Below, in pieces: positions 62,959-64,000 of a DNA stretch of 64,000 bases. The notes beneath the pieces were generated by a model that ran no database searches, had not been told where the DNA came from, and was given only the letters and a program-made list of their open reading frames with translations. Each line of letters begins with the position of its first letter. Position 1 is the stretch's first letter. Origin of the DNA: an uncultured Nitrososphaeraceae archaeon (lineage in GTDB: Archaea > Thermoproteota > Nitrososphaeria > Nitrososphaerales > Nitrososphaeraceae); assembly GCA_963837175.1 (NCBI GenBank), contig CAWIMJ010000057.1:1-64000 (forward strand), read 5' to 3'. A program made the position numbers and the translations under genes.

Positions 62959-63999
62959 CTAATTAGCATTATCATTATTCTCATCATTATTACTAAAGAA
63001 TGCCGTTATTCTCATTTGTTCTTTCCTATTTCTGTAGATTTTACTATTTCTGATCCATTCATTTTTATGTACCGATAAATCCATACATGCAAAGGATAGT
63101 GCTTTTTCGAAACTCTCAAAATGTTTTTTTTGACCCTTAAACGCTTCTCTGATTCCTTCTCTTATCTGCCATACTCCTACTGGCATAACATATTCTGGAT
63201 GAATTTCTCTTAGAACTAATGCCGCTGCTTTTCGTTCTACTCTTGACAAGTGTTCGGCTACGCCTAATCTGGCAGCAAAATATGCTCCTGCTATGGAAGG
63301 ATAATGATCCAAACCTTTGGCATTTTCAAAATCTACTCCTCTTCCCAAATTTCCATTGTTGTCAAACCATGCTTCTTGCATTTCGAAGCTCCATACATCA
63401 TCAGGAATTAATATAATACTGTAATAATTACCCAAATGAAAATATTTGTAAAGTTCAAAGAAATCTATTGTTGGATAGATATCTATGTCTTTTATCAAAG
63501 AGGCAGAAATAATGTCATCCGTAGCTGAGATGCTCCATCTAGTGGGCACCAGCCTTCTTCTTTTTTGTAATCCTAACATTCCTAAACTAAGAACACGATG
63601 AATCCTGCTAATTTCAAGTCCTTTTTTGTAAAGCTCCACTACCGCTTCAGATGCACGCAAATCCTTATCATAATAAGCATTTTCCAATCTTTGATCTACT
63701 GAAAGGAAAGAGGAAGTTTTGAAAGTCTTTAAAGGTGCAACTGGGCCAAATGGAGCAGATTCAGTATCAAGACCTATATCATTTTCATGCTCTATTTCTG
63801 CGATAGGTATTTTTTCGAATGTTGCTTCACTTTCAACTGATTTTAAAGCTATTGCCAATTCCTGTAAAGATTCTATGTACTTTCCAGATGTCGTATGGAT
63901 ATCGATATCAGATACTCCTCTAACAAGCGACATGCGATAGTTAACAATTTCTTCAATACTTTTACCAAGCCATATCTCTGGCCTATCTAATATTGTAGT
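62959..63999 (-). CDS. nreA: Nre-family DNA repair protein (partial; 5' end beyond the window)
   Basis: RRLVPTRWSISATD, GAYFAARL, PVGVWQIRE and C-terminal PIP-like QMRITAFF; the frame is open to the window edge. Confidence 0.92.
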   Translation of the reverse strand, partial: TTILDRPEIWLGKSIEEIVNYRMSLVRGVSDIDIHTTSGKYIESLQELAIALKSVESEATFEKIPIAEIEHENDIGLDTESAPFGPVAPLKTFKTSSFLSVDQRLENAYYDKDLRASEAVVELYKKGLEISRIHRVLSLGMLGLQKRRRLVPTRWSISATDDIISASLIKDIDIYPTIDFFELYKYFHLGNYYSIILIPDDVWSFEMQEAWFDNNGNLGRGVDFENAKGLDHYPSIAGAYFAARLGVAEHLSRVERKAAALVLREIHPEYVMPVGVWQIREGIREAFKGQKKHFESFEKALSFACMDLSVHKNEWIRNSKIYRNRKEQMRITAFFSNNDENNDNAN

Positions 64000-64000
64000 A

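Overview
AT-rich archaeal chromosomal DNA, most likely from a soil ammonia-oxidising archaeon (Nitrososphaerota, Nitrososphaeraceae). This assignment rests on TFB, Alba, S19e, Rpp21, NAC, aMBF1, Trm56, A-type ATPase subunits, a thaumarchaeal-type archaeosortase, several small proteins resembling those of this lineage, and intron-containing tRNAs. The window holds four tRNAs: Lys-UUU with a 13-nt intron, Asp-GUC with a D-loop intron, Trp-CCA with two introns, and Pro-UGG without one. There are about 60 coding regions, mostly housekeeping, redox/stress or DNA repair. Long intergenic tracts contain decayed IS elements (IS6-like, IS630-like, DDE_Tnp_1-like), pseudogenes and trinucleotide microsatellites. 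No rRNA or CRISPR array is present. The most unexplained signals are: (i) a helically phased TTCCAC array (32-bp period) upstream of a broken CopG-like ribbon-helix-helix gene; (ii) an mbf1-hflX-trm56 run in which hflX lacks both a start codon and the G4 motif, and trm56 lacks an in-frame canonical start; (iii) two IS6-like copies sharing the same inactivating indels; (iv) recurrent single-base +1 frameshifts in otherwise intact genes, which could be biological or assembly error. All product calls come from reading motifs by eye; no searches were run.
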